In this document: in pieces, positions 8,318-15,691 of the stretch | Position numbering within the stretch: position 1 is the stretch's first letter | Layout of the letters: every line of letters starts with the position of its first letter | Origin: Puniceicoccales bacterium | GTDB taxonomy: Bacteria > Verrucomicrobiota > Verrucomicrobiia > Opitutales > JAIRLG01 | Reading direction: 5' to 3' | Assembly (NCBI GenBank): GCA_031288595.1 | Contig: JAITRB010000004.1 | Span: 1-32,000, forward strand | DNA: 32,000 nt | Program-made: the position numbers and the translations under genes | Notes under the pieces: model-generated | What the model saw: the letters and a program-made list of their open reading frames with translations, nothing else | Databases searched by the model: none | Told to the model about the DNA's origin: nothing

Positions 8318-9231
8318 GGCTTTAGGCCGGATAAGTTTTCCGATGCCTTGAGAAAATCGGCGAAGGTATTTTCCAATGCTCGGGCATGCTCCGGCATAAG
8401 GGGTACTAGCGGCAGCCTAAGTTCTCCGGATGCGATGAGCCTCTGCCGTGCCAGGAGGTGCTTGATGGGTACCGGATTGCTCTCGATGAAGAGATGGTGG
8501 AGAAGTGGATTCAGGGCATGGTGGAAGATCCTGGCCCGGGCGAGGTCCCCACGAAGCATGGAACGGACGAGAGACTGCATCGGGTGTGGACAGAGATTGG
8601 AAGCGACGCTGATGACCCCGTTGGCGCCGAGGGCCATAAAGGGCAAGGTCATGACATCGTTGCCGCTGAGAATCGAAAAATCTTCGCCGAGGGCGGCCCG
8701 CAGGCTATCGACGCGCGCGCACTCTTCGGACGCCTCTTTGATCCCGACGATGTGAGGATGGGCCTCGCGTAGTCGGGCGACGGTCTCGACGGCGATCTCG
8801 ATGCCGCAGCGGGAAGGGACGGAGTAGAGGAGAATGGGCCTGCGGGTGGCTGCAGCGATGGCCGAGAAATGCCTGAAAAGACCCTCTTGGGAGGGTTTAT
8901 TGTAGTAAGGGGCGACGAGGAGGATGGCCTCCACTCCCAGGCGTTCGGCCACCTTCGTCCGGTGGATAGCCTGTGCGCTCGCGTTCGATCCCGTACCGGC
9001 GATGATCTTGAGATCAGGATCCTTTCTCTGCCGCTGGGCCTCTTGAATGAGGATTTCCAATTCGCCCTCACTGAGCGTCGGCGATTCTCCGGTAGTACCG
9101 CCGATAACGACTCCTTCGAGCCCTTCCTGTGTGCTGAGCAGATACCCGAAGCTCAGGAGGTCGAGCTTCCCCGAGAGGAAGGGCGTGACGAGTGCGGTGT
9201 AGGTACCGGAGAAATCCGGAGACTCGGGCAT
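8314..9231 (-). CDS. dapA: 4-hydroxy-tetrahydrodipicolinate synthase
   Basis: 305-aa [32 protein letters not shown] and the active-site GIKEAS motif of DapA. Confidence 0.92.
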   Translation of the reverse strand: MPESPDFSGTYTALVTPFLSGKLDLLSFGYLLSTQEGLEGVVIGGTTGESPTLSEGELEILIQEAQRQRKDPDLKIIAGTGSNASAQAIHRTKVAERLGVEAILLVAPYYNKPSQEGLFRHFSAIAAATRRPILLYSVPSRCGIEIAVETVARLREAHPHIVGIKEASEECARVDSLRAALGEDFSILSGNDVMTLPFMALGANGVISVASNLCPHPMQSLVRSMLRGDLARARIFHHALNPLLHHLFIESNPVPIKHLLARQRLIASGELRLPLVPLMPEHARALENTFADFLKASENLSGLKP

Positions 9232-9295
9232 GGGGCAAAGGTGGAAGAAGATGGGAGAGGAGCAAGGCTGATCTTTGGAGGGAGGGGCGGATGCT

Positions 9296-9400
9296 TTGGA
9301 GCTGGCTTTCGATTTCGGAGAAATCGGGCCCGCGCTGCGGGCCGTCCCCTGGAGGGAAAGGACGACGTCCTTTCCCTCCAGGGGACAAAGCCAGCTCCAA
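9296..9400 (+). repeat. Cloverleaf palindromic element copy R5
   Basis: 14-bp closing stem TTGGAGCTGGCTTT / AAAGCCAGCTCCAA. H1 GATTTC-GGA-GAAATC (9311-9325); H2 GGCCCGC-GCT-GCGGGCC (9327-9343); H3 has a 19-bp stem TCCCCTGGAGGGAAAGGAC-GAC-GTCCTTTCCCTCCAGGGGA (9345-9385). Lies between divergent dapA and recA. Confidence 0.9.
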
Positions 9401-9479
9401 GGAAGACACTCCCATATCCCAGGTTTTACCCTGGAATAAGGCTTGTCAGGGACTCAGCTTCCCTCTAGAACTAGAGGCT

Positions 9480-10544
9480 ATGACGGAGAAGCCTCGGGAG
9501 CCTCAGGAGCCCATCAACGCCCTGCAATTTGCGATCAACGCTGTGAACAAACAGTTCGGAGAAGGTTCTCTGATGCGCATGGGAGATGCCAAAAAGCTCA
9601 ACGTATCGGTCATCTCGAGCGGATCGATTTCGCTCGACCTGGCCCTGGGGGCTGGCGGACTTCCCCGGGGGCGCATCTGCGAGATCTTCGGGCCGGAATC
9701 TTCGGGAAAGACGACCCTCTGCCTGAGCGTCATCGCTGAAGCCCAGCGCCGCGGTGGAAGTGCGGTTTTCATCGACGTCGAACACGCCATCGATCCGCGC
9801 TACGCGAAGATCGTGGGAGTCGACCTCGATAACCTCATGATCGCTCAGCCCGAGAGCGGCGAGGATGCGCTCAATATCACGGAGACCCTCATCCGTTCCG
9901 GCGCCATCGATGTCATCGTCGTGGATTCCGTGGCGGCCCTGGTCTCGAAGGCGGAGCTGGAGGGGCAGATGGGCGATGTGACCGTCGGCGCCCAGGCGAG
10001 GCTGATGAGTCAGGCAATGCGCCGCCTGACCTCGGTGATCAACCGCACCCAGTGCGTGTGCATCTTCACGAACCAGATCCGTGAGAAGATCGGGGTGATG
10101 TTCGGCAATCCGGAGACGACCCCCGGGGGAAGGGCCCTGAAGTTCTTCGCCTCCATCCGCATGGACATTCGCCGTGTGGGGCAGCTGAAGGACAGCAGCG
10201 GCCGGGTGATCGGGAACCGTACTCGGGTTAAGGTGGTGAAGAACAAGATCGCTCCGCCGTTCACGGAATGCGAGTTCGACATCATGTACAATGAGGGGAT
10301 CTCCCGCACTGGCTCGCTGCTGGACCTGGGGCTCGAGTACCAGATCTTCGAAAAGAAGGGTTCTTGGTTAGCCTACAAGGGCAAGATGCTGGGTCAGGGA
10401 CGGGAGGCAGCCAGACAGGTATTGGCCAAAGATGAGGCTATGATGGAGGAGGTCCAGGCGGCGATCTACCAAAAGGTCAAGGTGGCCGGAGGAACGGTAC
10501 TCGGGGAATCTTCCCGAGATGCGACCAATGGCGATGAGCTCTGA
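9480..10544 (+). CDS. recA: Recombinase RecA
   Basis: Track ORF 9192..10544. The conserved RecA sequence starts at [36 protein letters not shown] (ATG 9480). Walker [10 protein letters not shown], and the [30 protein letters not shown] block. The upstream extension reads through repeat R5. Confidence 0.95.
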   Translation: MTEKPREPQEPINALQFAINAVNKQFGEGSLMRMGDAKKLNVSVISSGSISLDLALGAGGLPRGRICEIFGPESSGKTTLCLSVIAEAQRRGGSAVFIDVEHAIDPRYAKIVGVDLDNLMIAQPESGEDALNITETLIRSGAIDVIVVDSVAALVSKAELEGQMGDVTVGAQARLMSQAMRRLTSVINRTQCVCIFTNQIREKIGVMFGNPETTPGGRALKFFASIRMDIRRVGQLKDSSGRVIGNRTRVKVVKNKIAPPFTECEFDIMYNEGISRTGSLLDLGLEYQIFEKKGSWLAYKGKMLGQGREAARQVLAKDEAMMEEVQAAIYQKVKVAGGTVLGESSRDATNGDEL

Positions 10545-10561
10545 GGAGCGCCCAGAGGTCA

Positions 10562-11572
10562 TTGTCGGCGGAGTTGGCCTTATGCCCGATGTCGAGAGAA
10601 GACCGGACTAAGAAAGTGGCTCGGCCATTCTCCAAAGAAAAGTCTCGTTTCAGGGGAGAGCTATGGCGTTTTGGCGAACGGGATGCTTTTGAAGTTCAGT
10701 GGCAGAAGCTCTTGGAGCGGGAAGAGGGGAGGAGGGAAAAATCATCTCCTGCCTCGGCCGGAACAGCTCCCGAAGAACCGTCGTCGTCCTGGGGCTCCTA
10801 CGCCCATTTCGACCAATACACTAGCGGAGCTTGGAGGGAACGGGAGCTGCTGATATCGCAGTCCGGCAGCCGGGAACTGTCCCTCGATGGAGGGCAGATT
10901 CACAAGGATATGGTGGTGGTAGCAGAAGACGTGGATCTCTCCCTGCAACGCCGCATCCGGTCAGACCATTCCTTCCTGGCCCAGCGCTTGCGCATCGATC
11001 TATGCCGGGGCTCACGGCTGAAGTTCATCCTTCAGCTGGAGAGCGGGAGGGCGATTTTATCGGCTCTGCGCTTCGTCCTGGCCGAAGGAGCTCTTTTGGA
11101 AATCATCCTCTCGCAGCGGGAGCTAGAGATGAGCCGTCTGGAACTGGATCTGCAGCTGCAGGGCGAGGGGAGTTCCGCTGCGGCTTTCCTCACCTGTTTC
11201 GGCCACGGAGGACAGCACCTCGATTGTCGAGTCCGCCAGTACCACCAGGCAGGCTCTACAGAATCTCGATTGAGGCTTAAAACCGCTCTCGAGGGTCGGG
11301 CGTATTCGGTTTTCGGTGGTCGGATTGTGATGGAGGAATCGGCGATGAATGGCAGGGCTTCGCAGAAAGCGGAGCATCTGATGCTCTCGCCGGAAGCATT
11401 GGCCCACAGTATGCCGGAATTGGATATCCGGACGGACGAAGTATCCTGCTCCCACGGAGCGACGGTGGCCCCTTTGGATGAGGCGGCTCTGTTCTACCTG
11501 GGCACCAGAGGCATTCGTCGCGCTGCGGCCAAGCAGGTCCTGAGAGAGGCATTTTTGGGCTGGATTTCCTGA
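10562..11572 (+). CDS. SufD-like (SufB/SufD family) Fe-S assembly protein, stand-alone
   Basis: The C-terminal block PELDIRTDEVSCSHGATVAPLDEAALFYLGTRGIRRAAAKQVLREAF matches the SufB/D signature (..DDVKCSHGAT.G..D...LFYL.SRGI). The N-terminal third is divergent and low-complexity. The start is uncertain (TTG 10562 or ATG 10589). Confidence 0.7.
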   Translation: MSAELALCPMSREDRTKKVARPFSKEKSRFRGELWRFGERDAFEVQWQKLLEREEGRREKSSPASAGTAPEEPSSSWGSYAHFDQYTSGAWRERELLISQSGSRELSLDGGQIHKDMVVVAEDVDLSLQRRIRSDHSFLAQRLRIDLCRGSRLKFILQLESGRAILSALRFVLAEGALLEIILSQRELEMSRLELDLQLQGEGSSAAAFLTCFGHGGQHLDCRVRQYHQAGSTESRLRLKTALEGRAYSVFGGRIVMEESAMNGRASQKAEHLMLSPEALAHSMPELDIRTDEVSCSHGATVAPLDEAALFYLGTRGIRRAAAKQVLREAFLGWIS

Positions 11573-11630
11573 TCTTCTGGAGAAATATTTTCTGGAGAAA
11601 CATTGGGATAGATGGGAAAAGGTGCATCCG

Positions 11631-11738
11631 CGCGCAACGGCCCCCGTCAGAAGGACAGCGAGGCTTCGCTGTCCTTCCGACGGGGCCTTCCTGCTCCGCA
11701 GGAAGGCCTCCTTTGCTTTGCAAAGGGGCCGTTGCGCG
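11631..11738 (-). repeat. Cloverleaf palindromic element copy R8 (subfamily with R9)
   Basis: Closing stem of 12-14 bp, CGCGCAACGGCC(CC) / (GG)GGCCGTTGCGCG. Three internal hairpins: 11645-11682 (core GAAGGACAGCGA / TCGCTGTCCTTC), 11684-11708 (GGCCTTCCTGC-TCC-GCAGGAAGGCC), 11710-11726 (CCTTTGC-TTT-GCAAAGG). Confidence 0.85.
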
Positions 11739-11771
11739 GAGAAAGCATAAGAGAGCCGAACCGGGACCTTG

Positions 11772-12308
11772 TCAGTACAGGGTCGAGAGGACGACACATC
11801 CGTAGAGACTGAAGAGCGCGCCCAGGAGGCGGGGATAGAAGAATCCCCTTTTCTCCTGTAGCCAGAGGACGAGGTCCCTGAAGCGATAGGGCCAGATGCC
11901 AAGGTAAATGGCCAAAACGATCAGCACATAGGTCCCTGAGACCATCCACAGCCTGGAAATGGGCAATTCCAGGTAGGCGGACTTCAGCAGCTCATGGGCA
12001 CTGAGGAGGATTAAGATGCAAACCCCGCGGACGGCAAGGAAGTCACGGATGTGGAATAGGGCGATGAGACCGATCATGGCGAAGAAGCCGAAGAAGAAGG
12101 TTCGGTACTGTCCAAAGTCAGCCTCGCCCAGATGGGAGATATTGTACAGGAACCAGCCCATCGCCAACCCAAAGCAGAGAATATTGGCCCAGGTCGCGCG
12201 CAGCTTGCGCCCTAGAAAGGAGAGGACGCGGCCTGGAAAACAGAGCCAAGCCACTCCCAGGAGGAGAAAGGTCGCTCCGAAGAGGAATGTGCCTTCCGCT
12301 AGCAACAT
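11772..12308 (-). CDS. Hypothetical integral membrane protein (about 5 TM segments)
   Basis: 178-aa ORF made of hydrophobic helices (FLFGATFLLLGVAWLCF, ILCFGLAMGWFLY, FFFGFFAMIGLIALF, VCILILLSA, TYVLIVLAIYLGIW, LLGALFSLYGCVVL). The start overlaps the miaA stop by 10 nt, which suggests co-transcription. I recognise no family. Confidence 0.6.
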   Translation of the reverse strand: MLLAEGTFLFGATFLLLGVAWLCFPGRVLSFLGRKLRATWANILCFGLAMGWFLYNISHLGEADFGQYRTFFFGFFAMIGLIALFHIRDFLAVRGVCILILLSAHELLKSAYLELPISRLWMVSGTYVLIVLAIYLGIWPYRFRDLVLWLQEKRGFFYPRLLGALFSLYGCVVLSTLY

Positions 12309-13252
12309 GGTGCCCGATACTGAAAGAAGGCACTCAAAATGTCAAAGCTTTCATCAGGGCTCTGCTGGTCCAGGTTCAGCCTTCGGTCGATGGGGATCTG
12401 ATGGCGGAACCAGCTGCGCTGCTTGTGGATCAGTTGCTTCGTGTGCAGGAGAATGTGGGCCTTCAGTATCGCCTCGTCCCTGCATCCGCTCTGCAGCCAT
12501 TGCAGGGTTTCTCGGTATCCGATGCTCCGGCCGGCCGGGCCGTTGGGGTTCAGGCCCTGGCGCTGCAATTGCCGGACTTCTTCGACCAGGCCCTGCGCCA
12601 GCATGTCATCGATGCGTCGGGCCGCGCGTTCCTGAAGATTTTCCGCTTCCCGCTCGAGCAGACAGCTGCGTTTTCTCCAGGACTGGAAGAGCGAAGCTTT
12701 CATCTCGAAATTCCTCTGCAATTCCGGAATACTTTGGCCAGAGGCGAGGCATCGGGCCAGGGCTCGCATCACCCGCTGGGGATTGCGAAGGTCGAGCGTG
12801 CCGGTCTGAGGACTGAGCTGGAGTAGTGCCTCCCTTAGGCCTGCAAGTCCGCGGCAGCGGAAGAGCTCGCTCACCTCTTCTCGAATGCCTGAAGAGATGA
12901 TGATATCGTCTGTAACGGCTTTGTAAAAGCTTTGGAGATAGAATCCGGAGCCGCCTACGATGAGGACGGGATGGCCGCGGTACTGGATGTCCGCGATCCT
13001 TTCAAGGGCATAGCGCTGATAGCGGTCGACGTCGCACTGTTCGGAAATCGAACAGAAGTCGAGGCCGTGGTGCGGAACCCGGGCCTGTTCTTCCGGAAGG
13101 GGCTTGGCCGTTCCGATGTCCATCCCGCGGTAGACGAGCCGCGAATCACAGGAGAGGATTTCGGCCGAGTATTTTTCGGCAATGCGCAGCGATAGTTCCG
13201 TTTTCCCCATCGCCGTGCAGCCCGTCAAAATCCATAGTTCTGGCTGTTCCAT
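12299..13252 (-). CDS. miaA: tRNA dimethylallyltransferase
   Basis: Track ORF 12299..13312. MEQPELWILTGCTAMGKTELSLRIAEKYSAEILSCDSRLVYRGMDIGTAKP carries the P-loop plus the MiaA signature. ATG 13252 lies 4 nt after the lptD-like stop. Confidence 0.9.
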   Translation of the reverse strand: MEQPELWILTGCTAMGKTELSLRIAEKYSAEILSCDSRLVYRGMDIGTAKPLPEEQARVPHHGLDFCSISEQCDVDRYQRYALERIADIQYRGHPVLIVGGSGFYLQSFYKAVTDDIIISSGIREEVSELFRCRGLAGLREALLQLSPQTGTLDLRNPQRVMRALARCLASGQSIPELQRNFEMKASLFQSWRKRSCLLEREAENLQERAARRIDDMLAQGLVEEVRQLQRQGLNPNGPAGRSIGYRETLQWLQSGCRDEAILKAHILLHTKQLIHKQRSWFRHQIPIDRRLNLDQQSPDESFDILSAFFQYRAPCC

Positions 13253-13256
13253 GAGA

Positions 13257-15413
13257 TTACCAGCGGATGAGATTACAGCTGATGAAAAACCGCACGTGCT
13301 TCTTCCAGGCATCGCGGTGCCGAATGCTCAGTCCGGCCTCCAAATTCCAGGTCTGTGAAATCTGACGGACCAGGCGGTATCCGTGCTCGTCGAGACGATG
13401 CCGGCGGGCATCCCATTGAAAAAAAAACTTCCACCGAGTGACGGCATCGAGACAGCCCGAAAGCTCTGCGGAATAGCTCCGGGTGCGCTGCCTCAGGTAC
13501 TGCTGTTCGATTTGGAGCTGCCAGCGCTCTCCGCTGAGAATTCGACAGGAATTTCGGCATTCCTCCCAGATCTTGGCGACGGGATCGAAGCGCAGGTCGT
13601 TCTGAAACTGCAAAAACTCGGCCGGATGGAGCTGCAGATGGAGATAGGTATGGGAAAGATGCTGGGAGTGGGGAGAAGGCGAATGGGGCGAGGGTGGTGG
13701 AGCGATCGGCCGCTGCGGATAGAGGTCTTGGTAGAGGTGGCACTGAAGCAGGTCGCGGGCCAGATGAGGGCTTTGGCCTGCGGTCTGGAGAAAATTCTCT
13801 ATCCCGAGGCGCAGGACGTGGGAGCGGTAGGGCCGATCCGTGTCGCGCCGCTCCAGCAGATCCAGGATCGGGAGATGCTTGTCTCGGCTGAAGTCATCGA
13901 TGCCCGGGATCTCGTCCCAGTGGCGCTCGGCGTGAGGAATCCAGCGATACTGCAGCATCGGGTGAATCACGTGCCGCAGGCCGTGGATTCCCCATCGCTC
14001 CTGCTCGACGTCCATCGGATAATGGGCCTGAAGGTCGAGGTCGAAGCCGACCTGGCCCAGCACGCGCCGAAAGGATTTTTGGGGAGAGGAGGAGCAGCTA
14101 TAGCTCGTCCCGCGCAGGCCCAGAATAGGGGTCCAGCCGATACCACTTCCCCAAGAGACGGGGCAGAATAGCTGATAGGCTAACTCCGCCCGTCGGGTGC
14201 GGAGGGAATTTTTTTCCCGCGTCCGGAGAAAGGTCTCTCCACGATCCTCCCGCGATAGATGGGAGAGGTCGATGAATCCCTGTTGGTAGAGAGATGTCTC
14301 ACCGATAAGCGCGGGGAAGTACTCGAATCTCAGGGAAGGAAGGCGTTGGGTAGCACTTCGGAAGCGGTGTGGCGGAACGCGCAGGAACAGGGTCGTCAGG
14401 GCATGCCGGTGCCGATAATTCGCCTCCGCGAAGGAATCAGGAAAGGGATTTTTTTTGTAATCGCCGTAATGGAAATCGCTGAAGATTTCCGAATCGCTCC
14501 ACCGCTGGACATGGCTCGTGACGTGGAAATGTTCGGAAAGGCACTGCCGGTGGGCGATCCGGCATCGTCCCCTTCTTTTTGGAAGAGGACTGGAAAAGAA
14601 ATCATTTCCCCGCTTCCCGTGGTCTCGGATGAAATAGCCCTGGGCATCGAGGGCCCATGGAAGCTCGGCATCGGCGGGCGCTGCGGCGGAGAATTCCATT
14701 CCCCCTCCACAGCCTCGACGGCTGCTGCTGTCGAAGAGCGCGCCGAGGTGACTGTGAGGGCCGATATGGAGGGGCCATTGGGACTGGACAAAGGTCCCTA
14801 GCGAGGAGTCGTGCCCCAGTTTCATCTTTACATGGAGACTGCTGCCCTCGACGTCCCAGCGGCAGTGGCGGGCATAGAAGAGAGGCAGGCGGCCCAGGAA
14901 GAAGAGGGCCTGTCGGGCCTCGAGGTAGCGGGACTGCGAAAGGCTGATCTCCTTGGCTCGGACGCTGAGCGATAAGGAAGCCGGTTCGTGGAGATAGAGC
15001 GTGGCCTGGCGGGCCAAGATCCAGTCAGTCTTGGCCTCGACATCGGTCGCCTTGAGGTAAAAGGAGGAGCCGCCCAGGCGCAGATTTTTTCCCCGCAGAT
15101 GGGCCCGGTGTAGGTCGCAGTGCAGTTCCTCTGCTCTGAGATAGAAGGGAGGATAGAGGGCCGATACCCGATGCGATGCATGGGCCTGGCCATCCTCCTG
15201 TCGGTAGCGGATTTCATCGGCCCTGAGCCGCAGAGAATCGGTTTGGAGATGAGCCTTTCCGCTCGCGAGCATTTCTCCGGACTCCTGTCCGCTGAGCTTG
15301 ATCCGCTCGGCGCTGATTTCCGGCCCGATCCTCTCCGCTTCCGTGTTGCCGGTACCGGCTCCATGGGAAAAACAGGCGAGGACGGGAAGAAAGCCGCAGA
15401 AGAGGCGCTTCAT
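13257..15413 (-). CDS. LptD/OstA-like outer-membrane LPS-assembly beta-barrel protein
   Basis: 718-aa ORF with a signal peptide (MKRLFCGFLPVLACFSHG) and an N-terminal OstA-like region (A..I......G.....A.G.A.L..D.L.L.AD.I.Y). The long beta-rich C-terminal part ends in an aromatic residue (..NLIRW), typical of OMP barrels. The family call is from motif-level resemblance only. Confidence 0.55.
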   Translation of the reverse strand: MKRLFCGFLPVLACFSHGAGTGNTEAERIGPEISAERIKLSGQESGEMLASGKAHLQTDSLRLRADEIRYRQEDGQAHASHRVSALYPPFYLRAEELHCDLHRAHLRGKNLRLGGSSFYLKATDVEAKTDWILARQATLYLHEPASLSLSVRAKEISLSQSRYLEARQALFFLGRLPLFYARHCRWDVEGSSLHVKMKLGHDSSLGTFVQSQWPLHIGPHSHLGALFDSSSRRGCGGGMEFSAAAPADAELPWALDAQGYFIRDHGKRGNDFFSSPLPKRRGRCRIAHRQCLSEHFHVTSHVQRWSDSEIFSDFHYGDYKKNPFPDSFAEANYRHRHALTTLFLRVPPHRFRSATQRLPSLRFEYFPALIGETSLYQQGFIDLSHLSREDRGETFLRTREKNSLRTRRAELAYQLFCPVSWGSGIGWTPILGLRGTSYSCSSSPQKSFRRVLGQVGFDLDLQAHYPMDVEQERWGIHGLRHVIHPMLQYRWIPHAERHWDEIPGIDDFSRDKHLPILDLLERRDTDRPYRSHVLRLGIENFLQTAGQSPHLARDLLQCHLYQDLYPQRPIAPPPSPHSPSPHSQHLSHTYLHLQLHPAEFLQFQNDLRFDPVAKIWEECRNSCRILSGERWQLQIEQQYLRQRTRSYSAELSGCLDAVTRWKFFFQWDARRHRLDEHGYRLVRQISQTWNLEAGLSIRHRDAWKKHVRFFISCNLIRW

Positions 15414-15495
15414 GTTCTGTCACTGTGAATAGGAATCGCTGAAATGGCGACAAGTCCATTTCGTTCTCGAGATGCGGGGAGGGCCAGTGGCAGGA

Positions 15496-15604
15496 TTTGG
15501 CGCCTTTGGAGGCCTTTGGGCTCCGGCCCGCGGCGCGGGCCGCGGCCGAGGGAGAGGGAGAGCTGTCCCAGCTCTCCCTCTCCCTCGGGCGCAAAGGCGC
15601 CAAA
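15496..15604 (+). repeat. Cloverleaf palindromic element copy R7
   Basis: 13-bp closing stem TTTGGCGCCTTTG / CAAAGGCGCCAAA. H1 GAGGCC-TTT-GGGCTC (15509-15523, one mismatch); H2 GGCCCGC-GGC-GCGGGCC (15525-15541); H3 has a 20-bp stem CCGAGGGAGAGGGAGAGCTG-TCC-CAGCTCTCCCTCTCCCTCGG (15546-15588). Lies between the divergent lptD-like gene and recD2. Confidence 0.9.
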
Positions 15605-15691
15605 CCGAAGAAAGGCGAGGGGCATCGTCCCGTTCTGAGCTTTGGGATTGAAGAGCGCGGGCAGGAGCACAGACTGCTCCCAAAACCTCCC

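Noticed and set aside
9401-9479. LexA/SOS box upstream of recA
   Set aside because: No CTGT-N8-ACAG, GAAC-N4-GTTC, GTTC-N7-GTTC or TGTTC-N4-GAACA motif is present. Only the CTCTAG-AA-CTAGAG palindrome was found, and it is reported separately as a low-confidence observation.
11123-11902. 259-aa minus-strand ORF covering the SufD-like 3' end, element R8 and the start of the next gene's tail
   Set aside because: It reads straight through a palindromic repeat and overlaps two better-supported CDSs, so it is a shadow or read-through ORF. The same reasoning applies to 22126-22587 (through R9), 23392-23760 (through R3), 9068-9415 and 6812-7198 (through R5 and R6). The shared GPDF.EIES peptide in those last two ORFs is just the translated repeat.
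12016-12826. 266-aa and 179-aa + strand ORFs antisense to the membrane-protein gene and miaA
   Set aside because: They are antisense to genes with clear family signatures. The translated sequences are Arg/Pro/Gly/Ala-rich and low in complexity, typical of shadow frames.
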